From positions 360,390 through 424,389 of the forward strand of contig NW_019218043.1 of NCBI RefSeq assembly GCF_002571385.2: a DNA stretch of 64,000 bases, written 5' to 3'. A program made the position numbers and the translations under genes. Below the pieces are notes generated by a model. The model made no database searches, had not been told where the DNA came from, and saw only the letters and a list, made by a program, of their open reading frames with translations. Below, piece after piece: positions 50,263 through 63,868 of the stretch. The first letter of the stretch is position 1. Every line of letters begins with the position of its first letter. The stretch comes from Stylophora pistillata. Lineage: Eukaryota.

Positions 50263-50790
50263 AATAGAGGATATCACATAGCCGCGCGGGGATAGGTTTT
50301 TTTTTTATCTTCGAGTGCTGTAAATATCTTTCACGAGTTCGCTTCGCTCACTCGTCAGAGATACTTTCAGCACGAGAGTATAAAATTCGTATCACCGAGC
50401 GGCCGTGTAAAGTTCTATTTATCTTATAGATACTGCTGAGATGTCCACATAAAGTACAACTCTTTTTTATTCATTTTTGAAACAGCAATTAAAGTGATCA
50501 CCTATCGCACGCAAAATGCCTATCACAAAAATATCATGAAACTCGGATATGATATAAAGGAGAAATAAAGACAACAATTCTTATATTTTCTGTTCCAAAA
50601 CGTCAAAATTCTGACGAAGAAGGAAAAAATTATATAACAGCAAAATTAACCATATTAGTAACCATTATGGCGACACCAATATCCTCACACGTAAAAGATA
50701 AAACTATAGTGTCTTTACTGCGCGCGATAACGATATGATTTTTTAAGTAAGGAAAAATCCTGGTATTTCATAATTATCTATATTATAAAT
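50263..50790. mobile_element. Non-autonomous element with a ~155 bp terminal imperfect palindrome (Crypton-like, tentative)
   Basis: aatagagga...cacgagttcgcttcgctcactcgtc...gttctattt foldback at 50263-50420. Confidence 0.5.
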
Positions 50791-53700
50791 TCTTTTTAAG
50801 AAATTATTTTTCCATCGTAGAAAGAAGAATCTACGAATAAATAGACTCTCAGAGCTTTTGATGTAAGGTCAAACCAAAAAATATACTCCAGTATATTTGC
50901 TCTATAAAAAGCTAGCCCTGAGCTTTCACCAGTGGTATCGGCGAATGATTTTAATGAAATGTTGTTGTAATTATAATTCCGTAGTTCAAGTCATTGGTTT
51001 TTCACAGATGTGTCTCGATTCCATGCTCGAATACCGTTTCAACCACTACTAAAGATAATCCATTATCTGTAAACTGTGGAGCCTACTCGTAGCCAACCCC
51101 TCAAGGAGAAACGAAAGTTGGTTATAGGGAGCTCAGTTTACGGTTTATTGAGCTGTACTTCATTCTACTGTACTTTGAAAACAATTGGTTCATACTTTGA
51201 TCACATGTCTCGGTCTGATGTTAATTGGTCAGATGAAGTCGATGAACATGACAACTCTTAGTTCTGAGTTCACAGTCTACGAAGTCGAAGATTTCATCGA
51301 CAAAGACGTTTCTTAAGGTGAAGTCTTTCTCGGAGGAACTTTACATGTTAACTAGATAATGAGAGGGATGCCTAAATATTGCGTTAATGGTCGCCAGATG
51401 TATGGAATATGCAGACTTAACAACTGTCGATTATAGACCCGTATAGTACGAGGGTTCTGTTGATACTAAGCCATGACCCACTTGACATTTCAGTTTACAG
51501 CGGCCCTATTGCATTGTCAGTAGACCTGACTACAACTGAAATAGCAAATTAGAGCTCAGAGATCACATTTGATTTGACTCCGCAGGCTTCTACGAGCATC
51601 CATTTATGGTTGTTGGACTCGAAAGTGCTAGAAGTTTGGAAAATAGAAATACAGGATTTAAAATACGTGTATCGATTAATTGGTTTGATATGATGTTAAA
51701 AACTATATGAATTGCTGTGTATGTCTGTGTATGTCTTGTTCGATGAAGTCAATCGGCACATGTACATATATATGATATAGTTTTATAATTTCCTCGGTGC
51801 TATACGGCCATTCGGCTTGTTTTTTTTTTTTTTAAAAACTCCGTTGTGTTTCCGGCGATCTGTAATTTTAAATTTATTCATATAGTCACATTTCAATATC
51901 TAGTTCATAACAATACGGATGCAAACTCCATCCAAAGCTATCAATTACAATTCATCGTAAAAATTTCTTATTTCAAACTTAACTAAACTTTGATCGGCTT
52001 GCATCTGAGCGACAAAAATATCTCGTTTAATGTGTTTGCGATGGGTTACTACAAAAATTATCGAATTCTTCTGCCTGCACACAAGGGCATGATGACGTAA
52101 TCGCAAATCACATTTTTTATGGCTCGTTTATGACATGTACTTTCCGCTCTTTGGAAAATAATGCTGTCCATAAATATAAAATACATTTAGGCAGAGTTTG
52201 ATTAATTCTTCCCCTTGTATAATTATCATCTTCTAAAATCGGTTTGCTTTGAACAGAGGCTACAAGTATCTTATCGTATTTTGAGATCGACAACGAAGTA
52301 AACAATGCCGCCATCTTTGAGATTTCCAGAAGGACAAAATCAGAATTCCTACCTGCTTTTGCATTTTACAGTTAAGGATAAGAACCTTTCTTTTTCAAGA
52401 GATCGTTTGTTGACTTTGGAAATCGCCTACGCATTTAAAAAAACTGTAGCTTCAGTTGCCTCATGGAAAAAAGATGCCTCGGTTGCCATATTTGGTCATG
52501 TTAAAGAGGTGCACAGTTAGTTGTCACAGTTAAAGTTCAGTCAGGTTAAATTAGTTCAATCATAGTATTTGCAACGATCACTGAGATAGATATGTAACAT
52601 CTCTTTCTAAAACTCAGCTCAACTTACGCTGTAAGAATGATTTCACCGGAATTTACTATCAATGGGCTGGATATGAAAAAGCAAGCTGTCAGTTTAGTTA
52701 TAGTTACAATCTAAAGATAAAGTTCAATTTTCTACCATGCTGTCTTGATTGCTATTGAAATCACCGACGATAAAGATGAATGATGAGACGAGAAAAGCGT
52801 TCGCGACAGCGGCGATAGTTTCTAGCAGCAGCATCGAAATTAGGACCAAAATGTTAGAATAAAAACAGCATTAAGATTTACAGGTTTTGTCTCAAATAAC
52901 TAAGCTCACTCTTTCACGTACATACCTCATAATGGAACGACTTTCCTAAATTTTGCTAATAAAAGTTATTGCGAGTGTCCACCCGACTGCCTTTTGATGC
53001 GTAACTTGTTTAGACCTTCGGCACTGCGATGCTGACTACTGATATCTTGGGTGGGAAGCCCGTTTATATACACATGCGACACCGTGTACGCGGAAAAATT
53101 AGACGCGTACGACCAGCTATCAGTCATAGCTTTCGACTGACGATAATACGACGGCGATAATATTGGCATAGAAGTGTTCTAGACGTTGACCACCACTGGC
53201 TTTAAACATGAAATATTTGATTCTGATAATTCCCGAACCTACGAGGAACAAGCCTCATCAAACTCATAAAACAAAAGTTAAGGTTGCTCCACTCAATATA
53301 GATAACAAAACAATGATTTATCTCGGCTGCAATTCTTTTGAGCACAATATTTAACCATTAGATACAAAGGACAGATAATTACAAATCACTAGTGTGCTCA
53401 TTACAAATGACTAACTATCAAAAATCTAAATTGGATATTGCTGAATGTGACGCAAACAGTGTTTGAAATGTTATAATCATCATGTTGTTTGCGCTGCTCG
53501 GCGAATTTTCTTAAGACTGACACTGTTTAGGTGTGTTGTATAGTAAGCTTAGTGTATCATTCCATTCGAAGTCTGTATCAAAAGCGTGAAATGGACAGTA
53601 ATAATGAATTTAAGCCAGTTTCGCTACATACCGAGTCGGCTGTGATCGAAGTTCGCCGCACATTATCTTGGCGCTATTGTTGATAAGTGCGTTAGACATG

Positions 53701-56191
53701 ACGAGCTTTGATTGACGCTCGCATTAGTGTGAAATTGAAAAGGAAGCAAGTACTTACAAATGGTGCCCTTTTTGATACCGCTCTCTTACAAAACATCTGG
53801 GCGCTGCACAATATGTTTCTTTATATCCTTTGACTTTTGGTGATAAGCCGCATCCACAATTCAACTAAATTAAGCCACGTTTTGAAATGCTTAAAAGCTG
53901 TTTGAAGGAGTTATTCGCATATTGTAATGCGTTTGAGTTTTTTCTGGGGTGGGAAAATACAATGCTCGCTTCCGAAGTCCGCAGATGTTGTAAAGTATCC
54001 CATTTCAAGATCTGCCGTGGTTTCCTGGAACGTGCTAATTTATATTTTGTATGTTAAAAGTGTTAATTGATTTCATCCAGCAAAAGTCAATACAGCCACA
54101 AGCATAACTGACAGGAGTTAACGCCTCGGGTACACGGTAGGAGGCCAAATTCTTTTGGTGTCCAAAGCTCGTCATGTTGAAGAGCTCCAAAGGAAAAGCA
54201 CAATAATAAAGCAGTGATTTAGTACTTACCAACACGAACTCAAATAAGCTCAGTGATATTCCAATATGGCTGCCTCGATGGACTGTCTCGTGAACATGGT
54301 ACTAAGGTGTACAAAGTAGCCGATCGAGGTTCCCCTAGCTGCGAACATTTCGGCTTCTCAATCCATATTGCAATTTTGAGAAGTTGCGAAATTATGACTT
54401 GATGTTAATTTATTTATTACACCATACAAACATTATTTTATTATTTGCACTTGCTTAGAGCGACATCGAAGTTTATCTGGACCTTATGACAAAGGCGAAG
54501 TGGGAAAGAGTGGTGAGAAACATCAGAAATCACTTCAGGTTTCATTCACTTCTGTCTGCAGTCCACAAAAAATGTTTACGGACTTCCGCTTATAATTACA
54601 TTATGGCCCTTCACAATACCTCATTCATTGTGCAAGCCCATGAATGAGCTAAAAAGGTAACAATACCGTTAAAAACAATGCGTGTGAAAACAAACGAACT
54701 TAAAGCAAATGTTACGGAAAGAAAAAAAAATACGAATTTATAATGAACAACTTCCACATAATTTTAGCGGCAACAGACAGTTGTTTCCAAAGTTCCTTGA
54801 TATGAACAATCGTACCCAGTAGCACTCTTTCGATATAGCTTTCCTGACAGTCTGTCACTCCCGACCACAGCAACTGGCTACAACTACACGATTGAGTCCC
54901 CAGAACATTCCAGAACTATTTTCTTTATTAATTCCTTGGAAAGTTCATGTATGCAAGTCATCATTACAAGGCATTCTATAAATCTATAGATAATTTTTTT
55001 TTCACAGTCACTACCCATAACACCTACAGGACTTACGACAGCTCAAGAAAGTTCTTGTACTAAAAAGGACAGATTGACTTGGCAAGCGGCATAACCAACT
55101 TATTGTCATCGCATTCCTTTTTCATAGCCGACTTGACTTCAAGTGAAGACCCAAAAGCAACTACTTTGTACGCAAATTACTGAGGCACAGCCGATAAACA
55201 AATTATAAGCGACATCTCACTTACATGGTATGTAAACACCTAGCTAATTTGTTAACTATTTGCCTCTATGTAGTAAAAGACAAATTCCGTCTTCGCTGAA
55301 AAAATAGCATAGTTTATATAATCGTCACACGTTCAGTAGAAATTAGTACACTCCAAGAAGAGAAATCCTGAACCCTGATAGGACCAAATTTAGAATAACA
55401 GGAGACTTACATAGATTAATATATATACCAATAAAAAATATTTTCCCATGAAAATCAGTTTCAACCAGCAAGCTGCGATTACATTCTACATAGAATGCAA
55501 AAGGTAAAAAGCAAAGCTTTGTCTTTAACTATGTCTAATCTAATTTCATCTCTTTGGGTACTCTGTGGGTTAATTTTTGCCACACAATTGCGCTCAACTG
55601 GAGAACAACTCGGAGATAATAAAAAAAAATAGGCTGAAAGTTGATTAAGTCGGAGAAGATGACATGACTTCGAGAGCTCAAAATAATAGCCTTGATTCTT
55701 TAGCGGGAAGTGAAAAACCAAATGAATGACAGAGCTCCTTGGAGATCGCTCGCATTCATTTCAGTTTTTAGCGTGGAGGTTACTCCACTCGACCTTACTC
55801 ATGCCCGCAGCTTCTCTACTTAACCTGAACCAGTCGATACCTTATAAAAGAAGTATATGTATGCATTTTATACTTTTCACTTAGTGCTTTGTCTTTTATG
55901 CCTCGCTTTCTACGCATACAAGAAGGTCGTCTGCAAACAGGCTTCCACTGAGAAGGCATTGAAAAACCACAAGCTCACAGAAAACAGTATACAGCACGTA
56001 GTTTTGTACATTCTCTAACAGAGTGAGGCAATGGAAACTATATTTTTGTGCACTGCTTTTTCTGATCATGAAGACCACCAGTGCCAGACCTCAGACCTCA
56101 GACAAACACTGTACTAAAACATTTTGCGCCTAAATCAGTGCCAAAAGAATGACAAACAAATCAAGTATTAATACTGGAGAGAGAAATATTG

Positions 56192-59100
56192 CTAGGCAGA
56201 AAACTGAATTTTGATAAACATCCTATCATTTTCTACATAAGGAGAACTAAACGCCTCCTCGATAGGAGCAAACCTAATGAAACCATATCCAGTAGGACTG
56301 ACTGCTTCAGTTGGCTTCTGAAAAGCTGCAAGGTGTGGCTTGGGTTGTATAATGTGGCTAATGTGACGCTTGGCGTCACTCTGGTCTAAGATAGACACAG
56401 TGATTCTCTGAGTAAATGGCCATCTCACTTCACTCGCGTTGTCGTATTCTCCCATCATCATGTGAACAAAGAGAGCGACATATCTGCCTTCCTCTTCGTC
56501 TACGCCATTCGGGTGTAGTCGTATGCCCACCTTGTATTCAAAGCTGTCAGAATAGATCGCAGGGCTGAAGATGGCGGGTGCAACTCCGTCCTCGTCAACT
56601 TGGCGAAGCTGTGCAATTTGTGTCAATATCTCAATGAAGAATGTTTCGCCGGAATTTCTCTTGTTCCTTGTCGCTTTCTGTGCGTCATATCTGACAACAA
56701 AAGGCCGCAAAATGATTTTCAGAGCGAAATATTTTCCATCTGACCCGACTAAGGACAATACCTGGAAGTTGAACTTTGTCATGAAAGACGAGTGGTTGTG
56801 CCTGTAAGGCTTTTGCATCTGTCATCAATATCATTACTTTCACTGTTATTGTTTACATTAATTAATGTCGAAATCTTATAATACTGTTTGCTTGTTTGTT
56901 TGCTTCACTGGTTGTATTTTTCTTTTATGTTCAGATATGTATAGTAATAAAAAATGCATAATACTTGCCCGTCAAGTTTTTGTTTCCATAACCGAAACTC
57001 CTCCCTGTTACAGGTATGCTCAATGGCTTGCAGAGTGGGACCCATGGAACTCACTGCATTTACGAGAGCACAATCATACATTTGGTGGCACTGGAACAGT
57101 CCTTGTTCCTCATCTGGCTGTGGCTGACTAACTGTTTGCTGGCTCTCTTGCGAGACAGCAATAGTGGGGTAACTGAATTGCTCATCATTCTCCTGTTGGT
57201 AAGCTACTGGCTCATCATGTCCATTGATCACGTGAATAACTGCTTGGGACTGCTCTTCGTTGAGAAAAATTGTTGCAGTGTCACGTTCGCCATTTGAAAG
57301 CGTTCCACGGTTGGGTCTCTGTTTACTTTTCTCAACTTCGCGCTTATTGCCACTTGCTACATTATCATGATCAGAACGTCTGCGCTAAAATTGAGAAAAA
57401 ACATCGAAATTAGTATCACCCTGTTTCGATAATCATGAATTCACCCTATTAAGGCATCTGATTAGGTAACTTCGCATTAACATATGGAGTTTATTTAAGA
57501 AACAAAATGGTACCCATGTAAAAAAAATCTTATTTCCTACAAGCAATGGCGAACCATCAATATTTTGGAGATCATGATAGCAAGAGAAGCAATTGTTCTT
57601 TTCAACTCGGTCTGGTTTTCATGCTTACTATTTATTTTTAACATGACCCAATTTCATCAGGAACATTAAACATTTAAGAAAGAACCGTTGATTTCTTGCA
57701 TTTTGATCCACAAAATGTAGAGATTACCTCGGACTCAGACAACGATTCGTCATCTCTGCCAAAAGATCTTGGGCCATTTTCCCTTTAAAGATAAAAAATA
57801 AAGCTATTCTATACTTTCCCTTCAAGCTCTGTCCTAATGTTTCAAATTAGGTAGTCTGATCTCGCAATTTGTTCTTCAATTATGACGAGAATTGCAAAGG
57901 GAACTAAGCCTCTTTTCGATAATGAACCACAATTGTCCGGAGAAGGGAATTTGAGATGGCGCAGAGTTAAGAGCGTTCGTCTTTCAACGCTCAAAGCTCT
58001 AATATCACCGGAAACCAGAGGAAAGAGGCACCTCATGGATTTCCACTGTTACAGCCGATTTTTTTCACCTTTCCAAATGGATTTGTGGGCATAGTTAGAT
58101 GAAAAATTCAACTTTCAAGAGGAAACTTTTGGGCCTCCCCTCCCCCCTTTTTTTTGCATGCATAAGTGCTACGAAGCTCAATAAGTTGTTTGTGCTCATT
58201 TGCACACCTAAAACTAACTGAATTGGTATTTGTACTTTATGATTTTCTGGTGATAATAACGAACATTTATTTCCATAAATTTCCATAATTTCCATAAATT
58301 TCCATTTTGTCCTCACTGGGAACATCTTATGGCCCGCCACGAGTAACATTGACTGCCAGCAGATCCGAGCTGTTTTTGCATGTAAACGTTATTATTCTCA
58401 ATATTCATTAAAAGACTGCAAAGCTATTTTAAAATCGACTTAAAATAACATACTGATTTAAAAGGGAATACTGTAAATTTTTTATATTCTATACAAGGCT
58501 AAAAGATTAGGAAAAAATTAAAATGTTTGAACCAAACGGTTTCGCCCGTTTGCCATCATCAGGGTAAAGTTTTTCTTACCTCGTTTCAAGACATCCCGTG
58601 TGATCTGAGGCTAACTCGTCAGTCCCTTGTGAACTGCAAGAAATTGGATAACTCATAACTGATTCGGTTTCGACAAAGGATGTTCGTGAGCTTCTCTATA
58701 AAATAATCCTTCCCGTTCACGCAGGAAGACTGAAGGTAGTGATAGAAGATGTGTCTATGCGCTGCAATAAACAATTGTAAAACGCGCTCCGATCGATTGA
58801 CATTAAAAGACTCGACGGTGAAACTTGACTGAAACGGAAAAGCGCTAGCTGTCAATCACTGGTAAGTCTGCATAACTTGAGACGGCGATAAACAATTGTA
58901 AAACGCGCTCTGATTGGCTGACATTAAAAGACANNNNNNNNNNNNNNNNNNNNNNNNNNNNNNNNNNNNNNNNNNNNNNNNNNNNNNNNNNNNNNNNNNN
59001 NNNNNNNNNNNNNNNNNNNNNNNNNNNNNNNNNNNNNNNNNNNNNNNNNNNNNNNNNNNNNNNNNNNNNNNNNNNNNNNNNNNNNNNNNNNNNNNNNNNN

Positions 59101-62100
59101 NNNNNNNNNNNNNNNNNNNNNNNNNNNNNNNNNNNNNNNNNNNNNNNNNNNNNNNNNNNNNNNNNNNNNNNNNNNNNNNNNNNNNNNNNNNNNNNNNNNN
59201 NNNNNNNNNNNNNNNNNNNNNNNNNNNNNNNNNNNNNNNNNNNNNNNNNNNNNNNNNNNNNNNNNNNNNNNNNNNNNNNNNNNNNNNNNNNNNNNNNNNN
59301 NNNNNNNNNNNNNNNNNNNNNNNNNNNNNNNCAAAGCTTGCGTAGTTTATCTCCTCCGTTCTTTCTTATTGCGGGGAAGCGAAAATATTGTATACAAGAA
59401 TCCCCTTTCTTTTTTTTTTCTTTTGTTACTGCAGTCTTTGACAGCACAAATATAGCCCATGGCCGAATAAAACAACAACAAAAACTCAACAACTGTGACG
59501 AAAAGTCTTTGCTTGGCTTTGTTTGCATCCGGCACTGGTCCACCAGCAATGGCCGAGTTCCGGTTTTCAGAGATCGCATAATTAGGTGTGACGTCACGTG
59601 CAAACGAAGAATTGCGGAATTCCAAAACTTTCTTTCGTGATGTCAACCGAAATAACCGTGACGATCGACAACCGAAACATTTCTATTCACCCTAACTTCA
59701 AAACAAGTGTTTTCTTTTTCAGGAACCAATTGGAACATCGAAAAAGTCTCACATAATTTTTTAGCCCATGCTATGTTGAAAATTACTGTCCACTTTGTTT
59801 GTAGGTCCGCAGTAACGTGAAGGCTGGTAATTCTGTAAAGCAAACACCTTCCCTTTTCGTATTACAGCCTCGCACGCACCTTACAAAACAAACACTGCGA
59901 AAATTCTCATCTTATTTATCATTTCTTTATAACTGTTACAGTGATGTATAGTTTTTTTTTTCGTTTCTCTTAAAAAAGCGTGCATGCGAAGATTTCTTCG
60001 AACGCACCCTATTTTGTTGACAGAAACTACTTTATATGAGCTTTTGCTTTTCAATAATCTAGTCATGCGTTTAGATATTTTCCATTAGCCTACAAGAGCG
60101 GCATCTACACGAATTATCAAAGAGAGTGAGTGGGCCAACAAACATATTTATGCCCATGAACATAAACACTGCGAAAATTTTCATCTTATTTATCATTTCT
60201 TTACAAGTTTTACAATGATCCATAGTTTTTTTTCCCTTTCTCTTAGAAAAGCGCGAATGCGTCGATTTTTTCGAGGGCACCCTATTTTTTTGACAGAAAC
60301 TACAGTATATGAGCTTTTGCTTGTTAATAATCTAGTCATGCACTTAAATATTTTCCATTAGTCTACAAGCGGGATCTACATGAATTATCAATTACTGTGA
60401 GTGGGCCCAAAACATATTTATACCCGTGAACATAAACTTTATTGCTATACTATAATGAGAACGTTACTTTTGCCAGAGGTTAACAGTGATCATTTTGCTA
60501 ATCCAGTACGGTTTATGGTTTGAGGTCGGCTTTTCGATGAAAAAAACATAATTTGACAAGATGATACCCTGAAATTTTCCAGTTCAAACAAAGAGAATAC
60601 TGCATGTCTTCCTGATGACATTCACCGATAGACAGCACAGTCTTGCGACTCTTTAATACATTAGACGATCCGTACGGATCCGTTCGACTCGTGAAGAAAA
60701 TGGAGGAAATGAAATGATACTGTGTGCTCCGATTTGTTTGATTTAAAGGACTCGACAATGAGACAACGCGCTCAAGACTTTTCACTCATTAATAGATATG
60801 TATATAAAATTAAAAACCGGACTTGACGTTTTTGGAACAGCAAATATAAAACTTGACAAAGTTGCAAACTGCACGAGATGCGCCATTGTTTTGCTCAACA
60901 GATCTTCTGTTTCGCTAGGCCGTCTCCGTCATGGTTTTCTTAAAGTCCCTAACGACCTCTAAAATTGAAAATAAAACTTTACTAAAGCCTTTTTTATCTA
61001 GGATGATCATTCTCTCTTGCAAATTTTGATACGTTTCTGGTCAGTGAAAATAGTTTTAGACTGATAGTGGAAACAGTTGAAAATGTTTCATTAGGTTTTT
61101 AAAGTCGTAATAATATCCTGTGACCACGCAATTCCGGATATCTATTGTCATCAATTTATGCATACAATACCAAATATGGAAGCAGTAACTAAGGGCACGC
61201 TAAGCAACAGCAGTATACCTAAACATCATTTCGAAAATCAACAGAAGCTGGCTTGAAATACTTACCAGTTCACCGATTCAACTCGGCGGGTTTTACTTCT
61301 TGTGTGAGAGTTGAAATGATGCAAATTGAAGCTGTCTTCGATAATGTCGGAGAAGTATCGAAGAGCTCTGATGCACCGGGCATATTTACTGCAAGATACA
61401 CTAAACTGCGAATTACTTCTTCTACAATCTTCAAGTCTGAACTGTTGGGAACGTATCATGTTCGATTCTAGGAAGGCTTTAGTTTCCTCTATGCAGTGCT
61501 TGCAATGGATATTGCAAAGACGCTGCCCATTGACCCTCTGTGGGTCACAACAGTCGCTTCGTCAGTCGACGGTAATATGACTTCAAAACTCGTTCGTTCT
61601 CCAAATCTGGTAGCGCCGTTTTCGAGATGTCTTCAGAGTTATCTCCTGGGTTGGCCATTTTTCAGGCTTCAGGCTTAACATCTGTACATGGTTTTGAGGA
61701 CTAGAGAACATTTTTCAAGTACGTGTATGAATTTCAATCCTATTTGTCATAATAAAAAAATTGCTCGGAAGATTTTGTAACACATTGTTTAGAAAGGGCG
61801 ATAGTTAACTCTTTTTCGTGCAATCAAACAATTTCTGAGTGACCTTCGTTCGATGACGATAACATGCCAAATCACAACATTTTCCCACTGCTTAGTGGTA
61901 ATGTTTCTTGTCAGTGACAAAACTTCCCACTTTAAAATCAATCAGGATAAGGCCATGCTCGTCTTTTAAAATTACAATGTCATCTATTCAATGTTTTTCC
62001 AATGCCAAAAAACTTCACGAACAAATCGAAAGTGGTTGGTAGGACTCATCGCAGTCTTAAGTCGGCAATTGCACCACGCACGTCTTAAAACAAACTTCAC

Positions 62101-62581
62101 ATAATTGAAGCGGTCTAGCCTGAAATTAACTGTTGGCTGAATTCATCTGCTTGAACAAATTGATAAATTTATTAGTCTAGGCACTGTCTGTTTCTTGCCA
62201 ATGCACTTGTCGGGATTATTGGTCTAGAATTCAGACTTGATACGAAAACTGAAAGGACCTTAGGTCCTTTCAAGCTCCCCAAGGTAGCTTTTGAAATTTG
62301 TGGACTTGAATTGAAACGTTGGTGTCATTATGATAATTATCCGTCATCATTTAGAAAGAGGTACTCTGTTAGTGAAGTGAAACTGACTTAACCTTAGACA
62401 CTTTCGTGACAGTTCCTGCCATTGGTCAACTATTCGACACACCTCCATACACACCCATATATCAAGTGATATAAGCCAATCAAAAACTACACAAGAAGCC
62501 AAATGTTATCAATTACGTCCTCTACAGGCCCCCAGACTGCATGAAATGAGAATAATAAAACAAAAGCTTACTTTCACCCAT
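56192..62581 (-). CDS. Second TRAF6-like MATH/TRAF-domain protein without RING, ~411 aa (exons 62581-62572, 61467-61266, 58633-58580, 57782-57728, 57384-56969, 56690-56192)
   Basis: MATH motifs FSPAIYSDSFEYKVGIRLHPNG, FVHMMMGEYD...WPFTQRITVSILDQ and KPHLAAFQKP...GYGFIRF. The exons chain in frame (1236 nt). The last three exons are well supported; the first three are less certain. Confidence 0.8.
59333..59460 (-). mobile_element. THAP-domain N-terminus of a defective DNA transposon, running into an N gap
   Basis: MGYICAVKDCSNKR, a frameshift in the poly-A run, then DSCIQYFRFPAIRKNGGDKLRKL. Confidence 0.65.
59888..60437. repeat. Tandem duplication, period ~274 bp
   Basis: aaacactgcgaaaatt.tcatcttatttatcatttcttta...gtgagtgggcc..aaacatattta occurs twice. 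ORFs 59881-60066 and 60071-60280 share a peptide. Confidence 0.85.
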
Positions 62582-63868
62582 CGCTGGAGATGGCGCTTGT
62601 TAAGCCATCGCTGAAGTAGAATTTAAATAAAGTATCCTGAGCAGAAAAGCCTCTTGTATATAAGGTGATCGACAGGTGTTTTGTCTCTTCGTATAATTTC
62701 ACCGATTTGAATTCCAAGAAAGAAATGAAAAACAAAACAAGCCTTCCTTGTTGCTAGTCGGGTGCGCTTTACAAAAGACCACGAAAACAACCACCTTATA
62801 AAATTCACAAAGTCAGTCAATCTTATAAAACATTCTCTTCCTTTCAGCCCGTGCCACGCAATTTGAACGACGTAATTGACCATGGCCTGTGTGTAGTACC
62901 TCTCAAACAACCATAACGTACGCGGCGACAAAGTGGACATTTGTATTTCACTAAGAGCTTGCTTCGTTCTTTTTCCAAAGTGGATCATAAGTATGAACGC
63001 CGCTGCTCTCATTTTCCTGTCTTCGAAAATCATCTCTTCGAATTCTGTGAGCACGAAAAAGAATCGACTCGAGTGGAAGGTTTGAGTTTTTCGCAATGTT
63101 TATGAGTGGCCGGGAATACAGCCGTTGAAGCATTTCGATCGCATTTCGGATAAAATTCATTTATTCGTGTGAGGTTTTGCACTTTCTACGAAGAAATACA
63201 TTGTGCCGTGCAAAGTTTGAGACAAAAGATCCAGGGTTACTTACAGAACATTGAAACACGGTTCCTTGCAGATAACCTTGGTATACTTAAATTGTTTTTT
63301 ACATGCAATCTTGTATCATTTTCCACTCAAGCTGATAAACGAAAATTTGGAACTTTTGACAGTTCAAAGTCTATTTTTTATCGGATGCCAATGAAATATT
63401 CCAGCTCCGCGCTGCCTTGGCACCTGTCATCGCAGTTTACATTATTTCTATTTTCTTCCCAATGGGAAATAATCCACAACGGTAAAAAAAAAAAAAAAAA
63501 AGCTGAGTTTGAGCACATACAATTGAGAGTGAACATATAAAATTTGCAAGAGTAAAGAAAACGGCAATCCTAGTATGGATAATTAACTAAATCAACTGAT
63601 AGAAAAACCGTGTATAAGTATGATTTATTTACACTTCTAATCAACGAATTAAGGCTGATAATCCACGAAAAAATTCAGAAATGAATAATGTATCGTACGA
63701 GGATCGATCGCGGTAAACAGATAAACCTATGGGTGAAACATTTGATAAATATGCAAAAAAATCATGTAAAATTATTGACCAGTACATCGCAGCACATACC
63801 TTGTAACATAAAGGTTCATCTGATCTGCAGTTAACTCACCATTTCCTTCTGGGCCGGTAGATTTAGCG

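Larger units (their letters stand above)
44990..53100 (-). pseudogene. Further decayed paralogous copies of the 37.5-44 kb relic (LRR-like fragments)
   Basis: Direct-repeat blocks: 38085-38535 vs 45011-45445; 39410-40020 vs 48180-48780 vs 52700-53050; 47090-47260 vs 52125-52290. LRR-like LELHDHNIT (~47940) and LELRNYNYNNIS (~50975). Confidence 0.4.

Noticed and set aside
54683-55006. Second solo LTR (TGTGAAAA...TTTTCACA)
   Set aside because: No target-site duplication can be seen.
62623-63540. ORFs of 157 and 123 aa
   Set aside because: No recognisable domain or splice support; composition is typical of non-coding AT-rich DNA.
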